NCBI GenBank assembly: GCA_028534125.1
Contig: CM052817.1
Coordinates: 101,682,001 to 101,746,000 of the forward strand
Length of the DNA: 64,000 bases
Direction of reading: 5' to 3'
Source: Lama glama
Lineage: Eukaryota
In this document: in pieces, positions 51,361 through 64,000 of the stretch
Position numbering within the stretch: position 1 is the first letter of the stretch
Layout: every line of letters begins with the position of its first letter
Program-made: the position numbers and the translations under genes
Notes under the pieces: generated by a model
The model's database searches: none
Seen by the model: only the letters and a program-made list of their open reading frames with translations
What the model was told of the DNA's origin: nothing

Positions 51361-54300
51361 TTTGTAAGACCACCCTATTCTTTATAAATGATCTTCTCCA
51401 AGTAACTTTCTTTTCTCCTGTGATACTTTCCTCTTTCTCACCTCTTTGTCCTATTGCTAGATAAAATTTCTATTGCATCCTTATCAGTACAGCTAAAATA
51501 GGTGACTCAGAATGTCTTCAGCCCAATGCAGTGCTGGTCACGTGGAGCAGGGTGGCAGAGGGAGAGAGATTAGGCACCTGGTGGGACCTCCCTTCTGTGA
51601 AGGGGTGGCGATAGCAGGTTCAGTTTAAATGAGGGCAGAAGTGTCAGGTTCAAAACGAGCCAGGCAACGTGAGTGATCGAGAGCTTGCCTGGCCTCAGAA
51701 ATCAGAACTGAAAGAGGCATCAAAAGTTCTGCACTTCAGGGATTCTTGGGGTCAGGGCAGACTGGGTCATTAATGGGGGTGATCGTCTCTGAAAGGAGAG
51801 GGACACTGAAACCAGGTTCCACCTTGGGAGACAGAGTGGCTGTGCAGAGATCACTAGGCTAACTGCTTCTTAGTCGCCTCCCAACCCCCACCTCCCGTCC
51901 TCTTCTGGATGATAGTCGGTCTTCAGGTGTAGACACTGGCTCCTTAGAGTTGGCAGGAATCATGCCAGGGCTCCTGTCTCCAGTCCCAGTGTTCCCCAGC
52001 CCCTCAGCCTCACTGGGTAGACCTTTACATTCCCCTTTAATTAAATCTGCTTTTGCTTGATCACTAGTACTCAAGACAAATGAAAGCTATACAACTTTAT
52101 TGTGTATCTCATTCTCTAATAATTAGCACTGGAGCATTATTGACTTCTTTTTTTGGCAAAAATGTGCAGTCTTAAGTTATATTATGGTTACACAGAGTTT
52201 TGTGAGCTGGCGTGTGGCCCTAATCACCATTTATAACGTCGCTTCTTTGGGAAAGTGTATTCTGCCTTTCAAACCACAGCCTTCCAAATGCACATTTGGA
52301 ACACAATCCGTTTGCGAGCTGGGAACTCTCTGTGTTGATGTCTGTTGGCCCAGGGCAGCCCTACAACCAAATGACATGTGGTTTAAAGTTCATGTAACAG
52401 CGGGTTCATTTAAATACTGTTAGCTGGAGCTCAGGTTTCAGGTTCTCGGATTTCGAGTTAATTTAAAATCGAGGAGGCAGCAGAATTGCAGCGATCAGAC
52501 AACAGCCTGTATGAGGCTCCTGCTCCCCGTAGAGAGGTGGCCGGTCTCCACTTTTCATAGTTTTCCCTGTGGGTTTTTTAGGACTGAGCCTCTTTGGAGC
52601 ACGAGCTCTTCAGTTCTGCTGAACAATTGATCTTGAATAAGAACTCCTTTTAAAGACCAACTATACTTTCAAGCCTGGAAGTTCAGCTAGGGTCATTCTA
52701 GTTTATTGAGCGCAGGGGCCCCTCTCAGCAGGAGGGAAAACCACATTTAAATCCTGGATGGGGGTCCTTCCCCTCGCCTCTCCTTGTTTTTCTTTCCCCA
52801 GTGTCTCCTCTAGGAAGTCTCACCTTTACTAAGTTAGAAATCAGACAGCCTGTCCCAGGAAAGCCGGTCTCTCCACCGTTCTCACATCGGAAGAGTTAAT
52901 ATTTTTCAAATGCCCACTGTGTGCCAGGCACTGAGCTAAGCAAGCTACATGTGTCCAACATCCTTTAATCCTCAAAATGGCCCCCTCCTTCCTGCCAAAA
53001 CAGACATGAGCATCTACTGTTTGCAGATGAAGACATATAAGTCAGAAGAGGATAACCGTTTTATCTAAGAACGCAGGGCTGCAGCACTGCCCCACCAGCC
53101 CCTCATCCCTGGGCGGGGTGGGAGGCCCTGTCTTCATGGGGGTGCCCCCAGGAAACCCTGTCCTGGTGTGGAAGTTGTATTTGTCATTTCCCTTTAGGAC
53201 CAAGGACTTGCCATCAAAATCCCTCCATCTCAGCTTAATTGCCAAGATCGCATGGCACCTCTGTCCCCCAGGAGCCACATTCCCATGGAAGAGAAATACT
53301 AACATTTCTATTTTCTCTTGACTTGAGAGAGTTGTCCTACCTGGGGGCTTGGAACAAGATCAGTTATAGAAGCAATGCCAAGAGGACACATTTACTATTT
53401 TCTGGGGTACAAAGCCTTCCAGTGTGCCTTTCTGGCCTTACTTTTGATGCTCCCCACCGCCATAAGAGCTAAAGCTTTTTACAGTGCCTCCCAACGCCAG
53501 GTACTTTCTGTGTATTTCATCCTCGGAACCACCCGATGAGGTAGGAGTACTGTCACTCCCCTCACTTACAATTAAGAACAAATAACGACTTCTGGGCCAC
53601 CCCCTCTGCTTAGAACCCCCTTTGGCTGTCCTCATTTGGATCTGCACAAGTCCCACCCCTCACCTCCCATCGAAGGGCCTGGCCAACCTGGTTCTCTCAC
53701 CAGACTTTCCCAGATCCCGTGTGGGAACACGCCTCTCTCGACCCCGCGTTCCCAGAACTTTTTTGCTTTTGCCTCTGTTCCAGACGCTCTGAGTTCAAGG
53801 TGCTGGCCCGTATGTCTGTCACGCACCAATTGCCAAGGCTAGGAGAGCAGAGACCCATTCATTGGATGATCACATCTTTATTCCATCACTGCGTCTAGCA
53901 CAATGCCTGGCCTGGAGCCAGATGGGATTGGTGGTGTGGTCGCATTTCCAGGACAGATGTTTTCCCTTAGCCCGTTGCCTGCAGAGTTTCTTTCAGGAAG
54001 GAGAGGGAGCTATTGTCACTGTGGCCACAGATTCTCGCCTTCTAACACATTACAGGACCCTTGAGAACTCTGTGCTTCTTTACAAACTTAAAATAAGAGG
54101 CCCAAAATGTACCCTTGACATAGCTCCATGCAGTTGGGCCAAGAACGTGCATATGCTATTTCTTGTTTTATGCCGTGGCTCTGTTCTTCAGGACTGGGGC
54201 ATCCTTCTGGCATCACTTGGAGGATGCTGACATGTGATTGGGAGGAGAACAGCATCAAGGTGAGGCGTGAGTCTGTTCCTTTCTGCTTGTTATTCTATCC

Positions 54301-55564
54301 CTGTTTCAAAGGAGCATAAGTTTTGGTGTTTAGCCACATAACTGCTGAAAATATGTGGCACGTGTGAGTGCTGGAAAGAGAGCTGCTTTTCTAATTTATT
54401 CCATAAATACAGTAATCCCAGCCCATCATATATAACAGTTGGAATGGTGGAGAGATGGAAATAAAACACATAGTCACATTATTTTAGAGTATCAGAAAAA
54501 TGGAGTATCAGCATTTTGGATTGTTTGTTATTGATTTTAGCTTTTTTTTTTTGTGAGGGAGGTGGGGAAAGATTTCAGGTATTCTAAGTAACTAAACGGT
54601 TATAAACAAAAAACTGGGGGCTGGGCATGTTGTCTAAATATGGCTATTTGAAAATTTTAATATCTTGGCATAAAATGACTTCTGTATGTTTAAGTTTTAT
54701 AGCCAACACATGTGGCTGGATCTCAAAAGAAGGAAAATATAGAAGCTATACAACAGTTTTTGGGTAATTTAGGGACTAGTTAGACTTTACCAGTTTAAGG
54801 TTTTCCTGAAGACTTCTACCGGAATGGCCGTAGTTTTGGGGATGACCTTAAGAGATCAACTCAAAGGAAGTTTCACGTGGAGAAAGGCATGGGTGATCTC
54901 TGCACAGCAAGACTTGAGTCAGGGTCCCACTTCTTTAGAAGTTTTGGGAGATAAAGTCTTTATTGTTTCCCCTTAGTTGCTATTGTGTCCATATCCTAAG
55001 AAGATACTTAAGATGTTATTAAGGTGAAATGAGAATGACAAATCTCTTGGGAGTATGTCCTCTGGGTGAAGAGTCAGCCAGGGCAATGGTCAGAGCTGTA
55101 ACCTGAGCTTGAAAAACTTCATCATTTACTGGACTTGGGGGGGAGGTTAATTATCTTTTCTTTCCAAATAGCCCGAGGAATGGAAAGGGCAGCAGCTGGC
55201 GAGGAATAACTCCCAGTAAGAGCAGCTCATACAAGGAAGAAGGGGTTGTGGAGGGTGAAGTTAAATTTGACTTATTTAACACAGGTTGATTCCAAGGCCT
55301 CTCGAGGCCACACAGGGAGGGTTGTCCACTGTGCGAGGCACACCCTGACTCAGGAGAAAAGTTAGGGGCAGAGACAGAGATCTGGTGTTCGGGAAAATTC
55401 ACTCCATAGGATGGCTGACCTTCTCTAGAAGGTCTGTAATGTGAAAAAAGAAGGCAGCCCAGGTGTGTAGTTGATGGTTAAGACAATGGGATGTAGAGGC
55501 AAGCAAACTTTCAAGTCTCATTTATAACACAGTCTCTGTGTGATCTTAAGCCTTGGGATCCCCC

Positions 55565-58500
55565 CTTTTTTTAAATAACAGACTTGAGACATAATTCACA
55601 TGCTATGCAATTCATCCTTTTGAAGTGTATGATTCAACCGCGCAGCTATCAACACTATATAATTTCAGTACATTTTCATCACCCCAGAGAGAAATACCAT
55701 ATTCATTAGATGTGTCTCCCCAGTTCTCCCATCCTCTGTCTCCTAGGAAACCACCAGTCTACTTTCTATCTGCACAGATTTGCCTGTTCTGGATGTTTCA
55801 TATATAATTGGAATTGTACACCATGTGGTCTTTAGTGTCTTGCTTATTTCACTTAGTCTAAGTTTTCAGGGTTTATCCAGTTGTAGCATGTAACAATATT
55901 TCACTTCTTTTCATGGCCAAATAATGTTCCATTATACGCTTACACCACATTTTGCTACCCGCTCATCAATTGATGGACTTTTGGGTTGTTTCCACTTTTG
56001 GCTCTTATGATTAACACTGCTATGAAAATTCAGATACAAGTGATTTTGTGGATATATGTTCTTAATTCTCCTGAGTACGTACATCAATTAGTAGTACAAT
56101 TGCTCTGTCATATGGTAACCCTAGGTTTAAGATTTTGAGGAATTGCCAAGCTGTTTTCAAATTAGCAGTACCATTTTGCAATCCCACTAGTGAAGTAGGA
56201 AGGTTCTGATTTCTCCGCCTCCTCTGGCTTTTTGGTTCTAGCCATTCTGGTGGGTGTGAAGTGGTAACTCATTGTGATTTCCCTAATGACTAATAATGTC
56301 CAACATCTTTTCATGTGATCATTGGCCATTTGTATATCTTCTTTGGAGGAACGTCTAGATCCTTTGCCCATTTTTAAATTGGGTTACCAGTCTTTTTATT
56401 GTTAAGTTTTAAGAGTTCTTAGTATATTCTGGATACCAGTCCTTTAGGAGGTATATGATTTGCAAATATTTTCTTCCATCCTGTGGGTTGCCTTTTCATT
56501 ATTTCGATGGTCTGTTTTGAAGTGCAAATATTTTAAATGTCCCTATTTTTTCTTTTGTTTGGTGCTTCTGGTGTGATAACTAAGAAATCTTTGCCTAATT
56601 TCAGGCTGTGAAGATTTACTCCTATGTTTTCTTCTAAGAGTTTCATAGTTTTAGTTCTTACATTTAAGTCTTTGATCCATTTAAAATTAATATTTTTATA
56701 TAGTGTGAGGTAAAGGTCCAACATTATTTTTTTCCATGCAGATATCCAGTTTTCCAGGTACCATTTGTCAGAAAGACTATGCTTTCCCCCATTGAATTAT
56801 TGTCTTGGCCCTCTTGCCCAGAATAAATTGACCATAAGTATAATATAGATTGATTTCTGGCCTCTCAGTTCTGTTCTTTTGATCTACAGGTTTATCCTTA
56901 CCAGTGTCACACTGTCTTCATTGCTGTAACTTTGTATTAAGTTTTTAAGTTGGGAAGTGTGAGTCCTCTGACTTTGGTTTTTTTTTTTTTTTTTTCCCTG
57001 TCTTAGCTATTCTTGGTCCCTTGCATTTTCATGAGAGTTTTAGAGTCAGCTTGTCAATTTCTGCAAAAAAGGAAGCTGAAATATTGACAGGGATTGTATT
57101 GAATCTGTAGACTTATTCGGAGGAGTATGACCATATTAGCAATATTAAGTCTTCCAATTCATGTATGTGGATGTTTTTTCATGTATTTAGTTCTTTCATT
57201 TCTTTCAATGATGTTTTATAATTTTCAGCATACAAATCTTGCCCTTCATCTGTTAAATTGATTCTGAAACATTTTCTTCTTTTTAATTCTATGGTAAATG
57301 GAATCATTTTCTTAATTTTATTTTTGGATTGTTCAGTGCTAGAGGATAGAATTACACTAGATTTTTGGATGTTGATCTTGTATTTTATAGCCTTGTGGCT
57401 CTCGTTTGTTCTAATAGTTTTTTTAGTGGATTTCTTCGGATTTTCTTAGCTGACAGGATCATGGCATCTGTGAATAGTAGTTGTTCTGTTGCTTCTTGTC
57501 TGAGCCGGATTCTTGCGCTCCCCTTCTCGTCTTTACCTTCCCTCCCTTCCCCTTCCCTTCCTTCCCCAGTTTTTTTTTTTTTTTCTTTTTGCCTTATTGT
57601 GACAGCTAGAACTTTCAGTAATATGTTGAATAAGAGTGCTTAGGGTAGATGTTACTCTTCTTTTCTTGATCCTAATGAGAAAGCATTCAGTTTTTCACTA
57701 TTAAGTATGAGGTTAACTGTGGGGTCTTTGTAGATGGCTTTATCACATTGAGAAAGTTCCTTTTCATTCCTAGTTTACTGAGTGAGAGTTTTTATCCTGA
57801 AAGGGTGTGGAATTTTGTCAAGCACTTTTCTGCGCCTATTGATATGATCATGTGGTTTTAGTCCTTTATTCTATTAATATAATACATTACATTGATTGAT
57901 TTTTATATGTTAAACCAACTTAGCATTCCTGGGATGAGTCCCACTTGGTCATGGTGTATAATCCTTTTAATAGGCTGCTGGATTGCTGAGGCTTTTCGCA
58001 TTTATATTCATAAGCAATATTGGCTGGTAGTCTTTTTTCTTGGGATTTCTTTGTCTGATTGTAGCCTCAGGGCAATGTTGGCCTCATAGTATGGGTTGAG
58101 AAATGTTCCCCTCTTCTATTTTTTGGATGAATTTGTGAATGACTGATATGTACTCTTCTTTAAATGTGTTAACATTATCTAATTTATTGCCATAAAATTG
58201 CTCATAGTATTCCCTCATAATCCTTTTTACTTCTACAAGTTGGTGGAAATATCCCTCTTTCATTCCTAACTTTAGTAATGTGAGTCTTCTCTCTTTTTTT
58301 TATTTTGGTCAGTCTAGCCAAACTTTTGTCAATTTTGCTGATTTTTTTTAAACAATTAACTTTATTCTCACTATTGTTTTCCTAGTCTCAATTTTATCAA
58401 TTTCTGCTCTAATCCTGCTGGCTTTGGGTTTAGTTTTTCTTGTTTACCTGTTTTTTAAAGTGGAAATTTAGATTGTTGATTTGAGATCTTTCTTCCTTTT

Positions 58501-59520
58501 TAAAATAGACATTCACAGCTATTTCCCCCTGAGCACTGCTTTAACTGCATCATACGTATTTTGGTATATAGACTTTTTGTTTTCATTCAGCTAAATTTCA
58601 AACACACTTAGAAATGTGGTGCTTAATTTTCATATATTTGTAAATTTCCCAAATTTCCTTTTCTTATTTATTTGTGATTTCATCCCATTGTGGTTAAAGA
58701 AGATACTTTGCATGATTTGGGCTCTTTTCAATATATTAAGGCTTGTTATATGGCCTAACATATGGTCCATCCTGGAGAACATTCCACATGCACTTGTGGG
58801 GTGAATGCAAGGATTTCGAGGCTGATCAAAGAAAGACCCAAGCATGAAATGGCTGTAGTGCACAATGAGCTTCTTGGGTGGTATTTGGACAGGGTTGCAT
58901 GAGAGGGGAAGTTCCTCACAGCAGAACTTCTAGAGACAGAGGCCACCATCCAAATGGAGGAGAAGGTAAGTGAACTCCCAGGGAAGAAGGGAGTGGAGAG
59001 GAGGCTTCTGTGTCAAGGTGATGTCACTCAGCAGTGAGGTGGGGGGGTGGTGTCTCTGAGTCAGAGAGCTCTGAGGGGCAGCAGTGCTTTGGGTTCTTTT
59101 ATACCCTCAGGGTTTATCTTCTCTATGACTTGCTGATATTGGGTACGGTTTTGCAGGGTATGCAAAATAGGCAGACTGTAAATGGCTAAAACGCGCTTAC
59201 TTTGGATGTATTTAAAGCAATTGTATAGGTAAGAATTTGAGTTTTGCTTTGAGCTAATGGTGGCCAACCTGCGGTGAAAAATAAACAACATAAGAGCCAA
59301 AATACAGGGGCCATCTTTGGCCCACTCATAGAAAAATTGGAGAAAAACGTGTATTCTGCTGTTGTTTAATGGAAAGTTCTATAGGTGTCTGTTGATCTAG
59401 TTGGCTTATGGTGTTGTTTGAGTCTTCTGTTTGCTTTTATTGCCTACCTGTTTGTTCAGTCCATTGCTGAAAGTAGGTTTTGAAGCTTCCATTATTGTTG
59501 AGTTGTTTATCCACTTTGTC
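55565..59520 (-). mobile_element. Older L1 (L1MB-like) ORF2/3' region
   Basis: ORF remnants LTLYKNINFKWIKDLNVR and FSRMDHMLGH. Confidence 0.88.
58795..59335 (-). mobile_element. Solo LTR (ERV1-like) inserted in L1
   Basis: The L1 sequence ccacatgcacttg|...|gagaaaaacgtgtattctg is split by a non-L1 block running from tgtggggtg to gccatctttggcccactca. Confidence 0.65.
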
Positions 59521-60070
59521 CCCTCTCCACACAGCCTTCCCACTTTCTCCTTTGCCTGGGTAACTCCTTCTCATACTATAAAAAGTTGCTCAGGATTCAT
59601 GTTGATGGCCTGGATCTGCTGAGCAGTGGGTAACTTTACTGGTTTGAGTTGATTTGGGTTTAAATTTTATTTTCTAGCCTCACATTACAGGCTGTCTATA
59701 AAGGGTGAGAATTTAAAGGAGCTAGACCAGAAAACATGAAGGGGCCATGCTACACTCAGAACCTCTCCCCTTTCCATATCAGCAGTAAGTGAGTGTTATT
59801 AAGATCGTTAGAAGTCCAAAACACTGAAAAGATTATTATTATGTCCCCACATCACCCCTATATTTTCATTCTGAAAACAAAAAACCCCACAAACTTATTT
59901 TAAAATGTATAAGTAAGAATCTAGCGGTTTAGTTTTCTTTTATGGTAACTATTCTAATGCTTTAAAAAAAATCAAAAATCAAAGATCAAATGCTTTCCCC
60001 CCTTTTCCTGTTTTGGGAACTCCTGATTTATTGGCACCCTAAATACAATGTTTTGCCCATCATAGAATTA

Positions 60071-60856
60071 AGCCCTCCAGAACCCTCCTGTTACACTGCT
60101 GATGGGAATGTAGTTTGGTGCAGCCATTATGGAAAACAGTTTGAAGATTCTTCAAAAGACTAAAAATAGACTTACTGTGTGATCCAGCCATCCCACTCCA
60201 GGGCATGTATCTGGGGGGAACTCTAATTCAAAAAGATACCTGCACCCCAGTGCTCATAGCAATACTATATACAATAGCCAAGAATGGAAGCAACCTAAAT
60301 GTCCAACAACAGATGACTGGATAAAGAAGTTGTGGTATATATATGTCAGGGAATACTACTCAGCCATAAAAAATAATAAAATGATGCATTTTGCAGCAAC
60401 ATGGGTGGACCTGGAGGTGGTCATTCTAAGTGAAGTAAGCCAGAAAGAGAAAGAATAACTTATATCTAGAATCTTAAAAAAAAGAGAGAGAGACACACAC
60501 ACACACACACACACACAAATGAACTTATTTACAAAACAGAAACAGACTCACAGACATAGAAAACAAACATGGTTTCCAGTGGGGAAAGGTGGTGGGAAGG
60601 GAGAAATTGGTGGTTCGAGCTGTGCAGATACTAATTGCAGATACTAACTACTACATATAAAAGAGGTAAACAACAAGTTTCTTCTGTATAGCACAGGGAA
60701 CTATTCAATATCTTATCATAACCTACAATGAAAAAGAATATGAAATAGAATCTATGCATATATATGGATGATAGAAATATTATACTGTACCCCTGAAATT
60801 GACACAACATTGTAAACTGACTCTGCTTCAACAAAAATAAAGAAATAAATAAGAAA
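60071..60856 (+). mobile_element. L1 3' end with an internal (CA)n
   Basis: ORF2 C-terminus plus 3' UTR and an A-rich tail. Short TSD agaatta. Confidence 0.9.
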
Positions 60857-61276
60857 AGAATTATCTTTTGATGAGAAAATAGAGAATGAAGACTGGAGAG
60901 TGCTGTTAGATAAAATGGATCCTGTGAATTTCAGAGCACATAGACAGAACCTTTGAACAGTGGGTAGCTTTGAGAAATATTGCCCCAAAAGTCTTATAAA
61001 ATGTGTCCTCGTACCACAACTCATTTCTCAAGTTATTTAGGAAAGGGAAGAAGAATTACATGTGTAATAGACGTGTAGTTTTTGTATCTTTGAACTTTTC
61101 CTTTTAGGCTGATCTCCTATTTGGGGACATTTTAGCCATTTATTAACAGGTCATGAATCATCAGGAAACTCAGAAATCCCATGTTTTCTGATTGCTTGCT
61201 TTTTTCCCCCAACAATGGATAAACATTCATGTTTTCATCTGCCTACCAAATACATTTGATAGGTGAAAAAGTCATT

Positions 61277-61663
61277 AAGAATACAGTTATGATTATCTCA
61301 AAAATAAATGAGCCATATATATACTTGAATCATTACGCATCTACCACAGTGTAGTGTCTCGCACATAGTAACACAGACAATAATAGTTCTCAAATGACTG
61401 AAATCTAAAAGTTGAACCAAGTGAGTGTTTCTGACACTTTGTATGTCTTGTTGAGCTGGAGGACATAGCCATATTTCCAATGTTTTTGTGCAGTGTACTT
61501 TTGTAACTTGTTTCATTTGCATTTTTGTCTTAACCCATGTTGCTGTTTGTTAAACAGTTTTTTTTTTTTTACAATGAACACTCAGGCCAGAAAAAAAAGA
61601 ATGCAGTTATGATTATTTCAAAAATAAACGAGTCATATATATATATACTTGAATCATCATGCA
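61277..61663 (+). repeat. About 65-bp direct repeat pair (61277-61339 and 61597-61663)
   Basis: Both copies read aagaat.cagttatgattat.tcaaaaataaa.gag.catatatatacttgaatcat.a.gca. Confidence 0.93.
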
Positions 61664-63294
61664 AAAGAAAATAATAAAACAAAGTGAAAAATCAACCCCA
61701 AACCTACCTGCTCTGCCCTGGCATGTATCATTGGCTCATAGCTTCATCAAGGATGGGAACAAGGGGTGGATGGGGATGATGGAAGCTCCATAGAGAGGCA
61801 TATATGGCAGGAGGCAGACACTAGAGTGTTACTTCTTCTACTTCCTCAGAACATGTCTGGCACTAACTACCTCTCCAGAGCTGGAGATTTCGCATCCCTT
61901 AATATGGGCAGGTGGCTTTTGCTTTGATTGGAGAGGGAGCATTCAGACAGATCAATTTCTTCCAAATTGTTTCTTTCCACGAGTTTTGGTTGTGTTGTAC
62001 TTGCTTCCTATTTCTGATTCCTAAATCCTTGGTTTACTGTTTCTTTTGTCTTTTATCTTCTCTTTCTTTCTTTCTTTTTTTTTCCTTTTCTAGGGTCTCT
62101 AGTTCCCTGTTTCAAATGTTTGAAATGAGTAATGGCCTTGGTATGTGAACATCCCTCTTCTGGTCCATGGGTGCCCTGTAGGAAGAGGGCTTTCCCATGA
62201 GTTTGTGGAATCAGATGAGAAGCAGAGTTGAGAGGGGAATAAAAGGGATCACCGAAATCCCGGAGCTCAGGGAGGCAGTGGGCTGTATTGACTTTTGGTG
62301 CCAGAAGACCTTGAGGGGCTGTAGAGAGATCATGGCTGTGTGTTCAGGAAACTTTCAAATGAAATCAACAAAATGCCACCAGGTATAGGCTTCACACGAA
62401 CACCACTAAAATTTTCAGACTGATGGGGACACTGCGTTGCTCTCCCATATTACCTGTCCTGATATTTCATGCAGCTTCTCACCTGTCAATATGCAATTAT
62501 CATCGTGGTTATTTATGTTCTTTCACCCTCTCATGTAATCGCCAAAAGAACAAGGACTAACTTCTGTGTCCCCAGCACTTGGACAGGGCCAGGCACCTAG
62601 CAGATGCCCAGTAAATGTTTGCTGAGTAGATGAGTGCCACTCTGTTTCTACATCCCTCGTGGACTGAATAGAAGACAGGATTTGTTGCCTGAAAGGCCTT
62701 GCTTTCAGCTCTGGCTCTGCCTCATATTAGCCACGCCACCTAACCCCTCTGAGCCTTACTTTACTCCTGTGTTTACTAGAGTTTCTCTGGAGGCTCCTAA
62801 AACAAAACAATGAAGCGTCTGGATGGACATTTTATGGATGGATGCCCTTCTCCTCTCAATGCTGGTTATTTTCATCCTCCCCTTCCTATCCCCCGCTTCC
62901 CCATGGCTACTCTTCAAATCATGGCTCTCTTGATCGGAAGGTTACAGTGTAAGTGGGGAAAGAATGAACATTTTTTACAACGGTGATTCCTTTTCATTAT
63001 AAAACTCTGCAGAAATGAGAAAGCACAACCGTCAGGCTCGTGAACCTTAGGTTTTTAGACTAGCGTTGCCCCAGAGCTGCCGCTGGATTGCTGAGAAGGG
63101 ACAAAAGCAGGAACGCCCTCTGCAGAGCCCTCAAATCTCCGCCTTCCTGCAGGCTCCGCAGGGGTAGGGTCTGTGTGAGATGTGAGGCACCAGGCAGAGC
63201 TGGCGGAGGGGGGAGACGCTTTCTGAATCACTTAGGAAACAGACACTTCAAACTGTGGGGAGGTGACAGCTCCCTTCCCAGTTCCTCCCACGGA

Positions 63295-63345
63295 GAAGAC
63301 AAGACAGAAGACGAGGAGTTGGTAAAACAGGATGTCAAGTTTATA
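63295..63345 (-). terminator. SFRP2: Putative distal SFRP2 poly(A) site
   Basis: Variant signal TATAAA (plus tttata 63340-63345), about 20 nt before a likely cleavage site near 63321, followed by a GU/U-rich downstream element (gtcttctgtcttgtctt). Confidence 0.55.
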
Positions 63346-64000
63346 TACAAGAATATAATGTTTATCTGAAATATTTACAGTGTTGGTTAAAGCAATATTT
63401 GTACAACTTTTTCAGGTCAACTACTATATATATTACAGGGAAGCTACACTGGTTTAATTTGCAAAATTAAGGAAAAAGTGTTTTAAACAAAGCTTAAAGT
63501 ACTCAGGTCAATGATAACATTTGTCTGTGTCGCTCTTTATTTGAAGAACTCATGCTACGGTGGTTAATGTGGTTTTTATAAATGGAAATACTCTACCTGG
63601 AATAGCGATATGTACTGCAGTTGTCAGTTCCCGACAGGGATGTAAAATGCCAAGTGAGCTGTTACAAGACGTAGGCGCTGAGTATCAGGCTGAAGCCGAG
63701 AGAGATGTTGAGATAACAGCCAGCTTTATCTCAACCGGGTTTTGGACCCACGACAGTTGGAGCCACAGAGCAAAGCGGAGCTCTCTGCACGTTCCGGCAG
63801 CCTCCTTGGAAAGTGAAAATCGGCTGACCCCACCCAAACCAACCAACAAAGTCAAACCCAAGGCCCAGCTGCACCTAGGCGAAGCTAGTTTTGACATGAG
63901 CTATTTTAAAACATCGTAGAAATAGCCGTGATTTTATTAGTTGGAATATTTCTACATGATTTGGGTGGGTTTTTTTCCTTTATGTGAAAACAGCTCTCCA
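63321..64000 (-). other. SFRP2: SFRP2 terminal exon, distal 3' UTR (CDS lies right of the window)
   Basis: Repeat-free AU-rich sequence resembling my recollection of the human SFRP2 mRNA end (...CAGATAAACATTATATTCTTGTATATAAAC...CCTGTTTTACC). Fits the recalled TLR2-RNF175-SFRP2 order. No CDS is visible to confirm it. Confidence 0.75.

Overview
Mammalian genomic DNA, most likely camelid, judged from seven tRNA-Ala-derived Vic-1-like SINEs. The window holds coding exons 1-7 of RNF175 on the minus strand. This is a multi-pass membrane RING-H2 E3 ligase of the RNF121 family. The ATG is at 45509 in a CpG island, and the spliced frame is open for 250 codons + 2 nt with consistent phases. The last two exons lie left of the window. 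Intron 7 begins with a U12 (minor spliceosome) donor, GTATCCTTT. The right end is the distal 3' UTR of SFRP2 (minus strand), recognised from recalled sequence and synteny. The rest is intron or intergenic DNA rich in L1, Vic-1-like SINE, Tigger1, MER, MLT, LTR, HAL1, L2 and MIR elements. I see no novel multi-gene system. The best leads are: a perfect 10-bp hairpin presenting a CUGG(C) loop in the SFRP2 3' UTR (a candidate SAMD4/ZCCHC14 element, gated by alternative poly(A) signals); a dense E-box cluster around a perfect palindrome in RNF175 intron 3; an overlapping uORF; and hints of relaxed constraint on RNF175. Repeat subfamily names and human comparisons are from memory and were not database-checked.
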